Below are positions 37,832 through 46,216 of a DNA stretch of 64,000 bases, piece by piece (positions within the stretch are counted from its first letter, which is position 1; each line of letters begins with the position of its first letter). The notes beneath the pieces were generated by a model. It saw only the letters and a list, made by a program, of their open reading frames with translations. It searched no databases and was not told the origin of the DNA. Source of the DNA: Verrucomicrobia bacterium ADurb.Bin070 (GTDB lineage Bacteria; Verrucomicrobiota; Kiritimatiellia; RFP12; UBA1067); contig MWEJ01000001.1 of NCBI GenBank assembly GCA_002071025.1, positions 2,178 to 66,177 of the forward strand, in the 5' to 3' direction. The position numbers were made by a program, and so were the translations under genes.

Positions 37832-38563
37832 GTGGCGGAACTGAGTGAGATAGAACAACGCCTGAGCGAGTTGGAAGCGCGTCTGGGGTATGCGTTTCGA
37901 GAGCAGGGATTGCTGAATATCGCCTTGACGGCACCCTCATACCGAACGGATCACTCCGCGCCGTCTGTCCGTGACAATCAGCGGCTGGAGTTCTTGGGAG
38001 ACGCCGTCTTCGGCTTGTTGTCTGCGCAGCGTCTCTACGCGCGCTATGCCGATGCGGACGAGGGCACGTTGACGGTTCGGCGCAGTCTGTTGGCGAGCGG
38101 GCGGGCGCTGGCAGGGGCGGCGCGGCGTATCGGGCTGGGCGATTATCTCCGACTGGGCCGCGGTGACGCCGCGGCGGGAGGACGCGAGAACGACAACACG
38201 CTGGCCGATGCGATGGAAGCGGTGTTCGGCGCTGCGTGGTGTGACGGCGGCCTTGCGGCTGCGGAGCAGATTTATGCGTCCGTGATGGCAGGCTGCGAGG
38301 ATGTTCCGCTCGACACGTGGAGCATCAACCCCAAGGGACGGCTGCTGGAGGTGTCACAGCGGCACGCGTGGCCGGATTCGCCGGCGTATGCGTTGCTGGA
38401 CGCGTCGGGCCCGCCTCACGCGCCGGTTTACACCGTGTCGGCGAGCGTACACGGCGGTCATTCGGCGCACGGCACCGGCAGAACCAAGCAGGCCGCCGAG
38501 AAGGCTGCGGCGTCGGCTCTGCTGCAGCAGTTGGCGGATGCCGGTGTTCACCTCGAGACATAA
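37832..38563 (+). CDS. rnc: Ribonuclease III
   Basis: RNase III signature ERLEFLGDAV and a C-terminal dsRBD. GTG start with a GGAGAG ribosome-binding site. Confidence 0.85.
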   Translation: MAELSEIEQRLSELEARLGYAFREQGLLNIALTAPSYRTDHSAPSVRDNQRLEFLGDAVFGLLSAQRLYARYADADEGTLTVRRSLLASGRALAGAARRIGLGDYLRLGRGDAAAGGRENDNTLADAMEAVFGAAWCDGGLAAAEQIYASVMAGCEDVPLDTWSINPKGRLLEVSQRHAWPDSPAYALLDASGPPHAPVYTVSASVHGGHSAHGTGRTKQAAEKAAASALLQQLADAGVHLET

Positions 38564-38662
38564 GGCCCCTCAGCGGATGGCGGAAGGAAATCATGCGCGT
38601 TGAACGATGGGCCGGATTTCGTCCCCTGTGAGGGCGTCCGGCGTTTACACATGAGGGTAATC

Positions 38663-39037
38663 ATGGCAAAGGCAAAACAGACCAAACGAACGGGATCGAA
38701 AAATGAGGTGCCGCTCGCGCGCCAGGCGGATGCGGTCGCAGGCAACAACCGCCCCTCGCAGCAGGTAAGTGGGCCGAACGCGCGCGGGTGTCCGCTGGTG
38801 CTCGACGGCGAGATGGCGGCGGAGGATTTCACGCCCGACGCCTGCCTGTCCTGCGATGAGTTTGACTGTCCGTTCTGCGAAGCGGCGCATGGTTCAGGCG
38901 CACTGCGCAGCCGGCTGTTTGACACCGGCGATGCGGCAGAAGACGAGAACGATGAGGCCTGGGGGGACGATGAAGACGTCACCTCGTTTGACGGCGACGG
39001 GGACGGGGATGATGCGCAGGACGAGGATCTCTTCTAG
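38663..39037 (+). CDS. Hypothetical small protein with a CxxC-x5-CxxC zinc-ribbon-like motif and an Asp/Glu-rich C-terminal tail
   Basis: CLSCDEFDCPFC cysteine pairs; C-terminal DDEDVTSFDGDGDGDDAQDEDLF. GAGGG ribosome-binding site 5 nt before the ATG at 38663. The ORF track opens earlier at a TTG. Confidence 0.4.
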   Translation: MAKAKQTKRTGSKNEVPLARQADAVAGNNRPSQQVSGPNARGCPLVLDGEMAAEDFTPDACLSCDEFDCPFCEAAHGSGALRSRLFDTGDAAEDENDEAWGDDEDVTSFDGDGDGDDAQDEDLF

Positions 39038-39057
39038 CCCGCGATGGCGGGGAAGGC

Positions 39058-39873
39058 TCAGCGCCGCTTCCGCTCGGAATCGTGAACATGCCGCTCGATG
39101 TCGTGTTCCATGAGCGGGACCGCGACAGGCGTTGAAAAGTCGATGGTGATGCGCGGCGTGGGATCCAGCGCCACGTCAAGGGCTTCCGCCTGAAAATCCA
39201 GCACATGCCCGCCGCAGGAGCGGTCGTCCGCGAGGTAGTGCAGGTGGAACCCCGGCACGCCGATCGACCCCGGCACGAAGGGCGGAGTCCAGAAGCCGAC
39301 CAGCGTTCCCTGCGTGTCGACGTATCGGTATTCGTGCTGCAAACGCGTCGCCTCGGCCAGCGGTCGATACGGACGATCCTGCTTGTCGCAGCTCCTGACA
39401 CGCATGGACGCAAACCGTCCATGTACGCGGATGGCGTGAAAAATCTGCCTGTCTTCAAAAACCTGTTCAAGCGCTTGGGAGAAGGCTGAAAAGGACGCGA
39501 CGTGGCGCATGACATGACGGCGATCCGCGTCGAAGAGCGTACAGGCTCCAAAGGGCATCGTCACGGTCTCTGCCGGCATGTGGACGGTGCCGTCGCCTTT
39601 GATCTGATAAACTCGGCCGTCCAGCAGTACACCCTCGCCGTCCAGTCCTTCGAAAGTGCCGATCCCTAAATCTCCGGCCGCCTTGAAGTGTGCGACGGTC
39701 AATTTTCCGTCATAATTGCCGCTGAGAACATAGAGGAACGGGGCGAGTTGGGTGACGGTGTCACGGTCCTGCACGAGCGTGGAGGTGGCGGTCAGGCATC
39801 CTGCACTCATGAGTAAAAAGGCATGGCTGAGAGGCAGTCGCGTGGCGCGCAAAAAATGGAGCAGCGAGGTCAT
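39058..39873 (-). CDS. budA: Alpha-acetolactate decarboxylase (ALDC family) with an N-terminal signal peptide
   Basis: GDLGIGTFEGLDGEGVLLDGRVYQ...GTLVGFWTPPF...GVPGFHLHYLADDRSCGGHVLDF matches ALDC signature blocks closely. Start refined to MTSLLHF at 39873, with an AAGGAGA ribosome-binding site. Signal peptide with a cysteine near the cleavage region. Confidence 0.8.
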   Translation of the reverse strand: MTSLLHFLRATRLPLSHAFLLMSAGCLTATSTLVQDRDTVTQLAPFLYVLSGNYDGKLTVAHFKAAGDLGIGTFEGLDGEGVLLDGRVYQIKGDGTVHMPAETVTMPFGACTLFDADRRHVMRHVASFSAFSQALEQVFEDRQIFHAIRVHGRFASMRVRSCDKQDRPYRPLAEATRLQHEYRYVDTQGTLVGFWTPPFVPGSIGVPGFHLHYLADDRSCGGHVLDFQAEALDVALDPTPRITIDFSTPVAVPLMEHDIERHVHDSERKRR

Positions 39874-40064
39874 GGTCGGGTCTCCTTGACGACATGGCGG
39901 GGCGGAACGTTCAAAACGCGAATATTTATAGCATATCCCCTCATCCGGATAAATACCCGTCGCGAACCATTCTTGCATTGGATGCACATGGGAGATTACA
40001 CTACAACTGCAATGATAAATGTCTGATCGGAGAGGATGGCGCCATGCTGAGAGGGAGAGACAGA

Positions 40065-41786
40065 ATGCGACTGGGTATAATGGGACTGACAGTCTGCGCG
40101 GCGGTCGGCGTGCAGGCGGACGGCGAATGGACGGATCCGCGCGTGCGCACACTGCTCATGCCGCATCGCGTGTTGTGGACCTCGGCCAACACACCGTCAT
40201 CTCGTGTCGAGAATGCTGAAATCGTGCTGAAACAGAAGCACGGGCAAGTGCCGGAAGGCCTTTTTCTCGCGGGCTCCGGGTGTCGCATGGAGAACAAGGG
40301 GGCTCCGGCTTCACTGCTCGTGGACTTTGGCCGCGAACTGCATGGCGGCGTGCAACTCGCCTCGGGCGGGCCGAGCAAAAAGGGACTCAAGGTGCGTATT
40401 CGCTTCGGCGAGTCGGCTGCCGAGGCCATGGCGGAACTTGGCGAGCGGGGGGCCTGTAACGATCATGCGATCCGCGACGACGTGGTGGAACTGCCGTGGC
40501 TCGGTACGCGCGAACTGGGCAACACCGGTTTCCGCTTCGTGCGTGTGGATCTGGTCTCGAAGGGCGTGCTGAGTCTGGAGTCGATCCGAGCTGTGTCGCT
40601 GATGCGGCCCATGCCGCAGCTCGGCGCATTCACGTGCAGCGATGAGCGCCTGAACCAGATCTGGGCCACTGCGGCCCGCACGCTGCATCTCTGCTGCCAA
40701 GAGTACATTTGGGACGGCATTAAACGCGACCGGCTGGTGTGGATGGGCGACATGCACCCTGAGGTCATGGCCCTGATGGCGGTGTTCGGTCCGCAGCAAG
40801 TTTTGACCGATTCGCTGGATTACATGCGGCAAACCACGCCGCCCGATGCCTGGATGAACACCATGCCCTCGTACACGTTGTGGTGGATCCGTTGTCAGCA
40901 TGACTGGTACCGCTACACCGGTGACCGGGCGTATCTGGAAAAACAGCAGACGTATCTCAAAGCCGTGCTCGCGAACGTGCTGAAACACATCACGCCTGAG
41001 GGCCGCTACGGTCTTCCGAGCGGGTTTTTGGACTGGCCGACCCAGCACAACCGCAAGGCGGTCGACGCCGGCATGCAGGCATTGATGCTGATGGCGGTCG
41101 AAGACGGCGCGCGACTGGCCGTCGTGCTGGGCGACGCCGAACTTGCCGCACACTGTACGGAAGGCGCGACGCGGCTGCGTCAGGTGCGCCCTGATCCGCA
41201 AGGCAGCAAGCAGGCGGCCGCGCTGCTCGCGCTCTCAGGCCTCGCCGAACCGGCGGCCATGCATGCGCAGGTGCTTTCACACGACGGCGTGCAGGGCGTT
41301 TCGACCTTCTACGGCTACTATATGCTGGAAGCGCTAGCCAAAGCCGGCGACGTGCAGCGCGGCATCGATACGGTGTGCAACTACTGGGGCGCGATGCTGG
41401 ATATGGGCGCGACCAGTTTCTGGGAGGATTTCAATGTGGCTTGGACGAATCAGGCGTTCCGCATCGATGAATTGCCGGTGCCAGGCAAAAAAGACATCCA
41501 CGGCGACTATGGCGAGTTCTGTTACAAAGGATTCAGGCACAGCCTCTGCCATGGCTGGTCATCGGGGCCGGCCGCCTGGCTGATCGCACACGTGCTGGGC
41601 ATTCAACCGCTGGAGACAGGCTGCAGAACTGTACGCGTCAAGCCGTTCCTGGGCGGATTGACCTGGGCCGCAGGCGCGTTCCCGACGCCTGCGGGCGTGG
41701 TCAAAGTGCGTCATTCACGCCAGAGTGACGGTGCGGTCAAAAGCGAGATTCAGGCGCCCGACGGCATCAGGATCGTGCGGGAGTGA
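40065..41786 (+). CDS. Exported GH78-like six-hairpin glycoside hydrolase (alpha-L-rhamnosidase catalytic and C-terminal domains only)
   Basis: DGIKRDRLVWMGDM and YTGDRAYLEKQQTYLKAV resemble the Bac_rhamnosid6H blocks (D..RDERLGWTGD and YGD..IL). Signal peptide MRLGIMGLTVCAAVGVQA. AGGGAGA ribosome-binding site before the ATG at 40065. Confidence 0.55.
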   Translation: MRLGIMGLTVCAAVGVQADGEWTDPRVRTLLMPHRVLWTSANTPSSRVENAEIVLKQKHGQVPEGLFLAGSGCRMENKGAPASLLVDFGRELHGGVQLASGGPSKKGLKVRIRFGESAAEAMAELGERGACNDHAIRDDVVELPWLGTRELGNTGFRFVRVDLVSKGVLSLESIRAVSLMRPMPQLGAFTCSDERLNQIWATAARTLHLCCQEYIWDGIKRDRLVWMGDMHPEVMALMAVFGPQQVLTDSLDYMRQTTPPDAWMNTMPSYTLWWIRCQHDWYRYTGDRAYLEKQQTYLKAVLANVLKHITPEGRYGLPSGFLDWPTQHNRKAVDAGMQALMLMAVEDGARLAVVLGDAELAAHCTEGATRLRQVRPDPQGSKQAAALLALSGLAEPAAMHAQVLSHDGVQGVSTFYGYYMLEALAKAGDVQRGIDTVCNYWGAMLDMGATSFWEDFNVAWTNQAFRIDELPVPGKKDIHGDYGEFCYKGFRHSLCHGWSSGPAAWLIAHVLGIQPLETGCRTVRVKPFLGGLTWAAGAFPTPAGVVKVRHSRQSDGAVKSEIQAPDGIRIVRE

Positions 41787-41788
41787 AG

Positions 41789-44700
41789 ATGAGAAAAACA
41801 GCACTCACCGTGATGGCGGCCGCGACGGCTGCGTGGGCCGGGCCACAGGTTGTGACACCTCTTTTCCCCGCACCTGATTTGGTGGTTGCCGAAGAGACGC
41901 TGGCGCCACCCGCCGCAACCGACACCGATGCCGCGCCGCTCTTGCAGGCCGCGATCAACCGGGTGGCACAACGCGGCGGCGGAACGGTGTACGCGGCAGC
42001 CGGCACGTACCGCATCGCCTCGCGCGTCATCGTGCGCGAAGGCGTGACGCTGCGCGGCGACTCGGCTGCCCAGACTCCCGGGGCGGGGACACTCTTGAGC
42101 ATCACGGCGGACAAGGATCGCGAAGATGCGCCTGCCACCTTCTCGATTGAACGCGGGGGCGGCCTGACGGGGCTGACCTTCTGGTACCCGGAGCAGCGCC
42201 TGCCTGATCCGGTGCCCTACCCTTGGACCGTCAAGAACGCCGAGATGTCTGCCAACGACAACCAGACCGTGGCAGACTGCACCTTTGTCAACGCGTGGAA
42301 AGCGATCTGCATCGGACCGGACGGCAATGAGCTGCATACCTTCCGCAAGCTCAGGATCTGCGCATTGAAGACCGGGATCCAGATTGACAGCACGACCGAC
42401 ATCGGACGCATGAGCGAAGTCACGGTCGCGCCTTCTGTCTGGCTCGCGAGCGATCTGCCCGGCGTGCCGCCGGGGCCCGCGCTGCACGATTACCTGCTGC
42501 GCGAAGACACGGTGGCGGTGATGATCGGCCGCAGCGACTGGGAGTATATCTGGCGGCTGGAGGTCTTCGGATACCGCCGCGGCTTGGTTTTCCGTAAAGG
42601 CGCGCGAGGCACCACCAACGCGGTGATGGCCGAGTCGCGCCTAACGGGTTGCGGACGGGCCTGTGAGGTGCAGGCGCTGAATCAGGTCGGCTTCTCCGCG
42701 TACCGCTGCGAATTCGCGGGCACGGACCGCGCGTGGATCGGCACCTCGTCCTTTGACGCCGTGGTACAGTTCCATTCATGCCGGTTTGACGGCGTGACGG
42801 CCAATGACGGCAGCGGCGTGGCGACCTTTCACGCCTGCGATCTTGCGGCGGCTGACGTGACCTGCGTGCCGGGCGGGCAGCTCACAGCGATGGATTGCAC
42901 GCTGGGGAACGTCGCGCTGGCTGCCCGCCGGGCTCGGCTGCTCGGGTTCGATGCCGGAAAAGCGCGCGTGGGCAGTCTGGATGCAAGCGGCGATGTCATG
43001 GTCTGTGCGACAGGTCGTGGTAAGGTGGGCGAGCCAGTCGTCTGGGGCGAGCCGCCGCCGTTTCCTCGTCCGCGCTCCGATGCGCTGTTTGTGGTGACCG
43101 CGTTCGGCGCGTCGCCGAACCGCGCGGACAACGCGGCGGCGTTTCAGGCGGCCTTGGACAGGGCGGGCGAAAATCCCGGCGGCGGCACGGTCTATGTGCC
43201 TGCCGGGCGCTATGCGTTTCGGCAGGACATCACCGTGCCGGCCGGCGTGGAGCTGCGCGGCTGTTCGGATGTGCCGCATCATACGGTATCGGGCGGGTCG
43301 GTCCTGATGGTCTATCACAACCGCGGCGTGGAAGCGGGCCCGCCCTTTGTGAGCCTGTCTGCCGGTTCCGGTTTGCGCGGCATGACCTTCTGGTATCCGG
43401 AACAGCCGCTGAAGGCGCCGGAGCCGTATCCATGGACCGTTCGCGCGCTCGGGCGCCGCTGCTGGCTGAAAGATGTGACGGTTGGCAATGCCTGGCAAGC
43501 GGTCGATTTCGCCACGCACCGCAGCGACGGCCACCGGATCTCGTATCTCGCCGGCGCGATGTTCCGGCGCGGCTTGTTCGTGGGAGGGTGCAAAGAGACC
43601 GGCTGGATCGAGGATGTGCAGTTCAATCCTCATTACGCCTGCCGCCTGCCGCGGGAGTTGCCGCGGGTGGAGGGCGATCGGCCCGGTGACACGGGCGGGC
43701 ACGTCATTCAATTCCAGCGCGAGCATCTTGAGGGAATCGTCATACGTGACTGCCGGGATGCGCGGCTTCGGGGAACCTTCCTGTATGCGGCGTATGACGG
43801 GCTCGCTTTTCGCGGAGCCTGCCGTGCGCAGGTGCTGATGCACGGCACAGACACGGGCAGCCGAGCTGTGGCGTTTGAGACGACACGTGATTCGCGCGTC
43901 GACGTGGCGCTGGCGCAGCTTGTGGCGCTGGGCGACTGGGCCAAGGCCGCGATCGTCACGTTGCCCGCCGACCGCGGCACGGTGCGGTTCCTGAATTCGC
44001 AAATGTGGGCCGGGCCGGCCACGGCCGTATTGGAGGGGAGCGGTACGGTGCGGCTCGAGCAGTTCAACACACTGACCGGGCCGATCGAGGTCCGGGCCGG
44101 ACGTCTGGAGGCGCTCAACGGTGTCTTCGAACGCGCACTGTCGCCGCATCTGGCCTTTTCAGCTTCGGCGCGAGGCGAGGTGGCGGGCACGCTGTTCGAG
44201 CGCGGTCCGTTGCGGGTGGAGGCTGACCGCCGTCATGTGCGGACCTTTGCGAACTCACTGTCGATGGCGCCATCCGCGCTGAATCCGGGAAACGTGCCGA
44301 CGCAGTTGGCGAGCGGGTTTGAGCCCGGCGAGCCCGAGGCGGTTGCCGACACCGTGGCCGCGCCGGGCGGCGGGCTGCGCAAGGTGAGCGACAGCCGCTG
44401 CGCCGCGGTCGAACGCGACGACGCGCATAGCGGGCGCTGTGCCGTGCGGCTCGGCGGGATGTCCGATGACCCCGCATATTCCTTCGCGTATCACACGGTG
44501 CTCAAGCAGCCGGTCTATGTGATGCCCGATACCGTCATGACCTACTGGTTCAAGCCGCTCAATGAGAACGGGCGCGGCACGGGCATCGATCTTCTGTTTG
44601 CCGACGGCAAGACGTTGCGTGAGAGCGGCACGGTGGACCGCGACGGGACACCCACTTTTCCCGGCGTGAAGCGCGGCCAGCTTGGCACCTGGACGCAGAT

Positions 44701-45082
44701 CGTGGTGCCGCTCGGAAAATTTGCGGGTCATACGATCGTGACGGTGATGGCGGCCTACGATTCGCGTAAGGGCGGTGGACGGTTTGAATCATTGTTCGAT
44801 GATCTGCGCATCGCGCCTGAATTGCCGCCGGCGGCATGGCAGATGCGCTTGGAGCCGGCGGGCGGGCGCGTGGCGCGGGGCACGCAAATCCGGCTGGTCA
44901 AGGAGCCGTCGATGCGCGTGCGTTACACGCTGGATGGCAGTGCGCCGGAGTCAGATTCGCCGGTGTATGAACAACCGTTCACGCTCGCGCGGCGCGGCGC
45001 GGTTGAGGTGAAGGTCACGCCGCTAAAACAGAACGGCGTGTTGTCGGACCAAGTGTTCGGGGCGTTGTACGTCGTCGAGTAA
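41789..45082 (+). CDS. Exported GH55-like glycoside hydrolase: two tandem right-handed beta-helix (pectate-lyase-3-like) domains plus a C-terminal CHB_HEX_C-like domain
   Basis: Internal duplication: AAINRVAQRGGGTVYAAAGTYRIAS / AFQAALDRAGENPGGGTVYVPAGRYAFRQDI, and GLTFWYPEQRLPDPVPYPWTV / GMTFWYPEQPLKAPEPYPWTV. C-terminal RVRYTLDGSAPESDSPVYEQPF motif. Signal peptide. Confidence 0.5.
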   Translation: MRKTALTVMAAATAAWAGPQVVTPLFPAPDLVVAEETLAPPAATDTDAAPLLQAAINRVAQRGGGTVYAAAGTYRIASRVIVREGVTLRGDSAAQTPGAGTLLSITADKDREDAPATFSIERGGGLTGLTFWYPEQRLPDPVPYPWTVKNAEMSANDNQTVADCTFVNAWKAICIGPDGNELHTFRKLRICALKTGIQIDSTTDIGRMSEVTVAPSVWLASDLPGVPPGPALHDYLLREDTVAVMIGRSDWEYIWRLEVFGYRRGLVFRKGARGTTNAVMAESRLTGCGRACEVQALNQVGFSAYRCEFAGTDRAWIGTSSFDAVVQFHSCRFDGVTANDGSGVATFHACDLAAADVTCVPGGQLTAMDCTLGNVALAARRARLLGFDAGKARVGSLDASGDVMVCATGRGKVGEPVVWGEPPPFPRPRSDALFVVTAFGASPNRADNAAAFQAALDRAGENPGGGTVYVPAGRYAFRQDITVPAGVELRGCSDVPHHTVSGGSVLMVYHNRGVEAGPPFVSLSAGSGLRGMTFWYPEQPLKAPEPYPWTVRALGRRCWLKDVTVGNAWQAVDFATHRSDGHRISYLAGAMFRRGLFVGGCKETGWIEDVQFNPHYACRLPRELPRVEGDRPGDTGGHVIQFQREHLEGIVIRDCRDARLRGTFLYAAYDGLAFRGACRAQVLMHGTDTGSRAVAFETTRDSRVDVALAQLVALGDWAKAAIVTLPADRGTVRFLNSQMWAGPATAVLEGSGTVRLEQFNTLTGPIEVRAGRLEALNGVFERALSPHLAFSASARGEVAGTLFERGPLRVEADRRHVRTFANSLSMAPSALNPGNVPTQLASGFEPGEPEAVADTVAAPGGGLRKVSDSRCAAVERDDAHSGRCAVRLGGMSDDPAYSFAYHTVLKQPVYVMPDTVMTYWFKPLNENGRGTGIDLLFADGKTLRESGTVDRDGTPTFPGVKRGQLGTWTQIVVPLGKFAGHTIVTVMAAYDSRKGGGRFESLFDDLRIAPELPPAAWQMRLEPAGGRVARGTQIRLVKEPSMRVRYTLDGSAPESDSPVYEQPFTLARRGAVEVKVTPLKQNGVLSDQVFGALYVVE

Positions 45083-45115
45083 ACCCAAACGAAGTTGGGC
45101 AAGGGGGATTCAAAA

Positions 45116-45922
45116 ATGAAACAGTGGATGGCGGCGGTAACGGCTGCCGCATTGGGCGTGGCGACGGTCTCGGCACAGACGCGCGAGGGCTGGACGCTGG
45201 TGTGGGCGGATGAATTTAATCGGGACGGATTGCCCGACCCCGCCAAATGGACGTATGAGAAAGGGTTCGTGCGCAATAAAGAAGCGCAGTATTACACCGT
45301 CAACCGCGTTGAAAACGCACGCGTCGAGAGCGGCAGGCTGATCATTGAGGGACGCAAGGAGGCTTACACCGCGCCGGACGGCAAGACCGCGTCATACACC
45401 GCGGCAAGCGTGACCACAGACGGCACGTTCGCGCTGACCTACGGGCGTACGGAGGTCAAGGCCAAGCTGCCGCGCGGGCGCGGCATGTGGCCGGCGATCT
45501 GGATGCTCGGCACGAGCATCCATGGCATCGGCTGGCCGCGCTGCGGCGAGATCGACATCATGGAGTTCGTGGGACACGACCCATCGACGGTACACGCCAA
45601 CGTGCACTGGTTCGACACGGCAAAAGGAAAGCACACCTCGTCCGGCGGCAAGCTGAACGGCCAGAAGCCTTCGGATGACTTCCACATCTATGCCGTGGAG
45701 TGGTTCGCCGACCGCATGGATTTCTTCTATGACGAGAACCTTTACTTCTCCTATCCGCTGCCCAAGGCCGGTGCGGATGCGGCCAATCCCTTTCACAAGC
45801 CGCATTACCTGATCCTTAATCTGGCGATCGGCGGAAGCTGGGGCGGTCAGCAGGGGATTGACGACTCGACCTTCCCGCAGCGCTACGAGATCGATTACGT
45901 CCGCTTCTATCAGAAGAAATAA
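45116..45922 (+). CDS. GH16 endo-beta-1,3-glucanase (laminarinase-type), exported
   Basis: Catalytic ExDxxE motif GEIDIMEF; a GH16 beta-jelly-roll block (WPAIWMLG); signal peptide. GGGGGA ribosome-binding site before the ATG at 45116. Confidence 0.8.
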   Translation: MKQWMAAVTAAALGVATVSAQTREGWTLVWADEFNRDGLPDPAKWTYEKGFVRNKEAQYYTVNRVENARVESGRLIIEGRKEAYTAPDGKTASYTAASVTTDGTFALTYGRTEVKAKLPRGRGMWPAIWMLGTSIHGIGWPRCGEIDIMEFVGHDPSTVHANVHWFDTAKGKHTSSGGKLNGQKPSDDFHIYAVEWFADRMDFFYDENLYFSYPLPKAGADAANPFHKPHYLILNLAIGGSWGGQQGIDDSTFPQRYEIDYVRFYQKK

Positions 45923-45964
45923 GTCAACGAATCCGCTTGTCAGCGGCAGGGCAGATGTGGCACC

Positions 45965-46126
45965 ATGACGCCGATGACAACTCAGGTCATAGCGTTTAAT
46001 CTGCGACTTACCGGCTTGTGGCTTCTGTGCGGCCACGGGACGTTTGCCGTTTAGGTTTTTCGCAGTGCGAATACAAGGCCAGAACTCCCGTGGATCAGTG
46101 AACGCTGCCGCGGGAGTTTTTGTTTT
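45965..46126 (+). promoter_or_regulatory. Candidate leucine-type transcription attenuator upstream of leuA: 29-aa leader peptide, antiterminator and terminator
   Basis: Leader ORF MTPMTTQVIAFNLRLTGLWLLCGHGTFAV has 5 Leu in 9 residues, encoded with rare CTT/TTG codons. Segment 46033-46040 (CCACGGGA) can pair with 46086-46093 (TCCCGTGG), which forms the 5' arm of the terminator. Confidence 0.4.
46083..46126 (+). terminator. Rho-independent terminator (AACTCCCGTGG ... CCGCGGGAGTT, then TTTTGTTTT)
   Basis: 8-bp perfect stem extended by G-U/G-C pairs, followed by a T tract. Sits between GH16 and leuA. Confidence 0.55.
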
Positions 46127-46216
46127 CCCGCTGGCCGTGCATGAAAACGCGGGTGAGACGGCGCAGAATCCAGAACAAGAAACAGCCCCGGCAGGGGCAC
46201 GACGAGGAAACCGACC

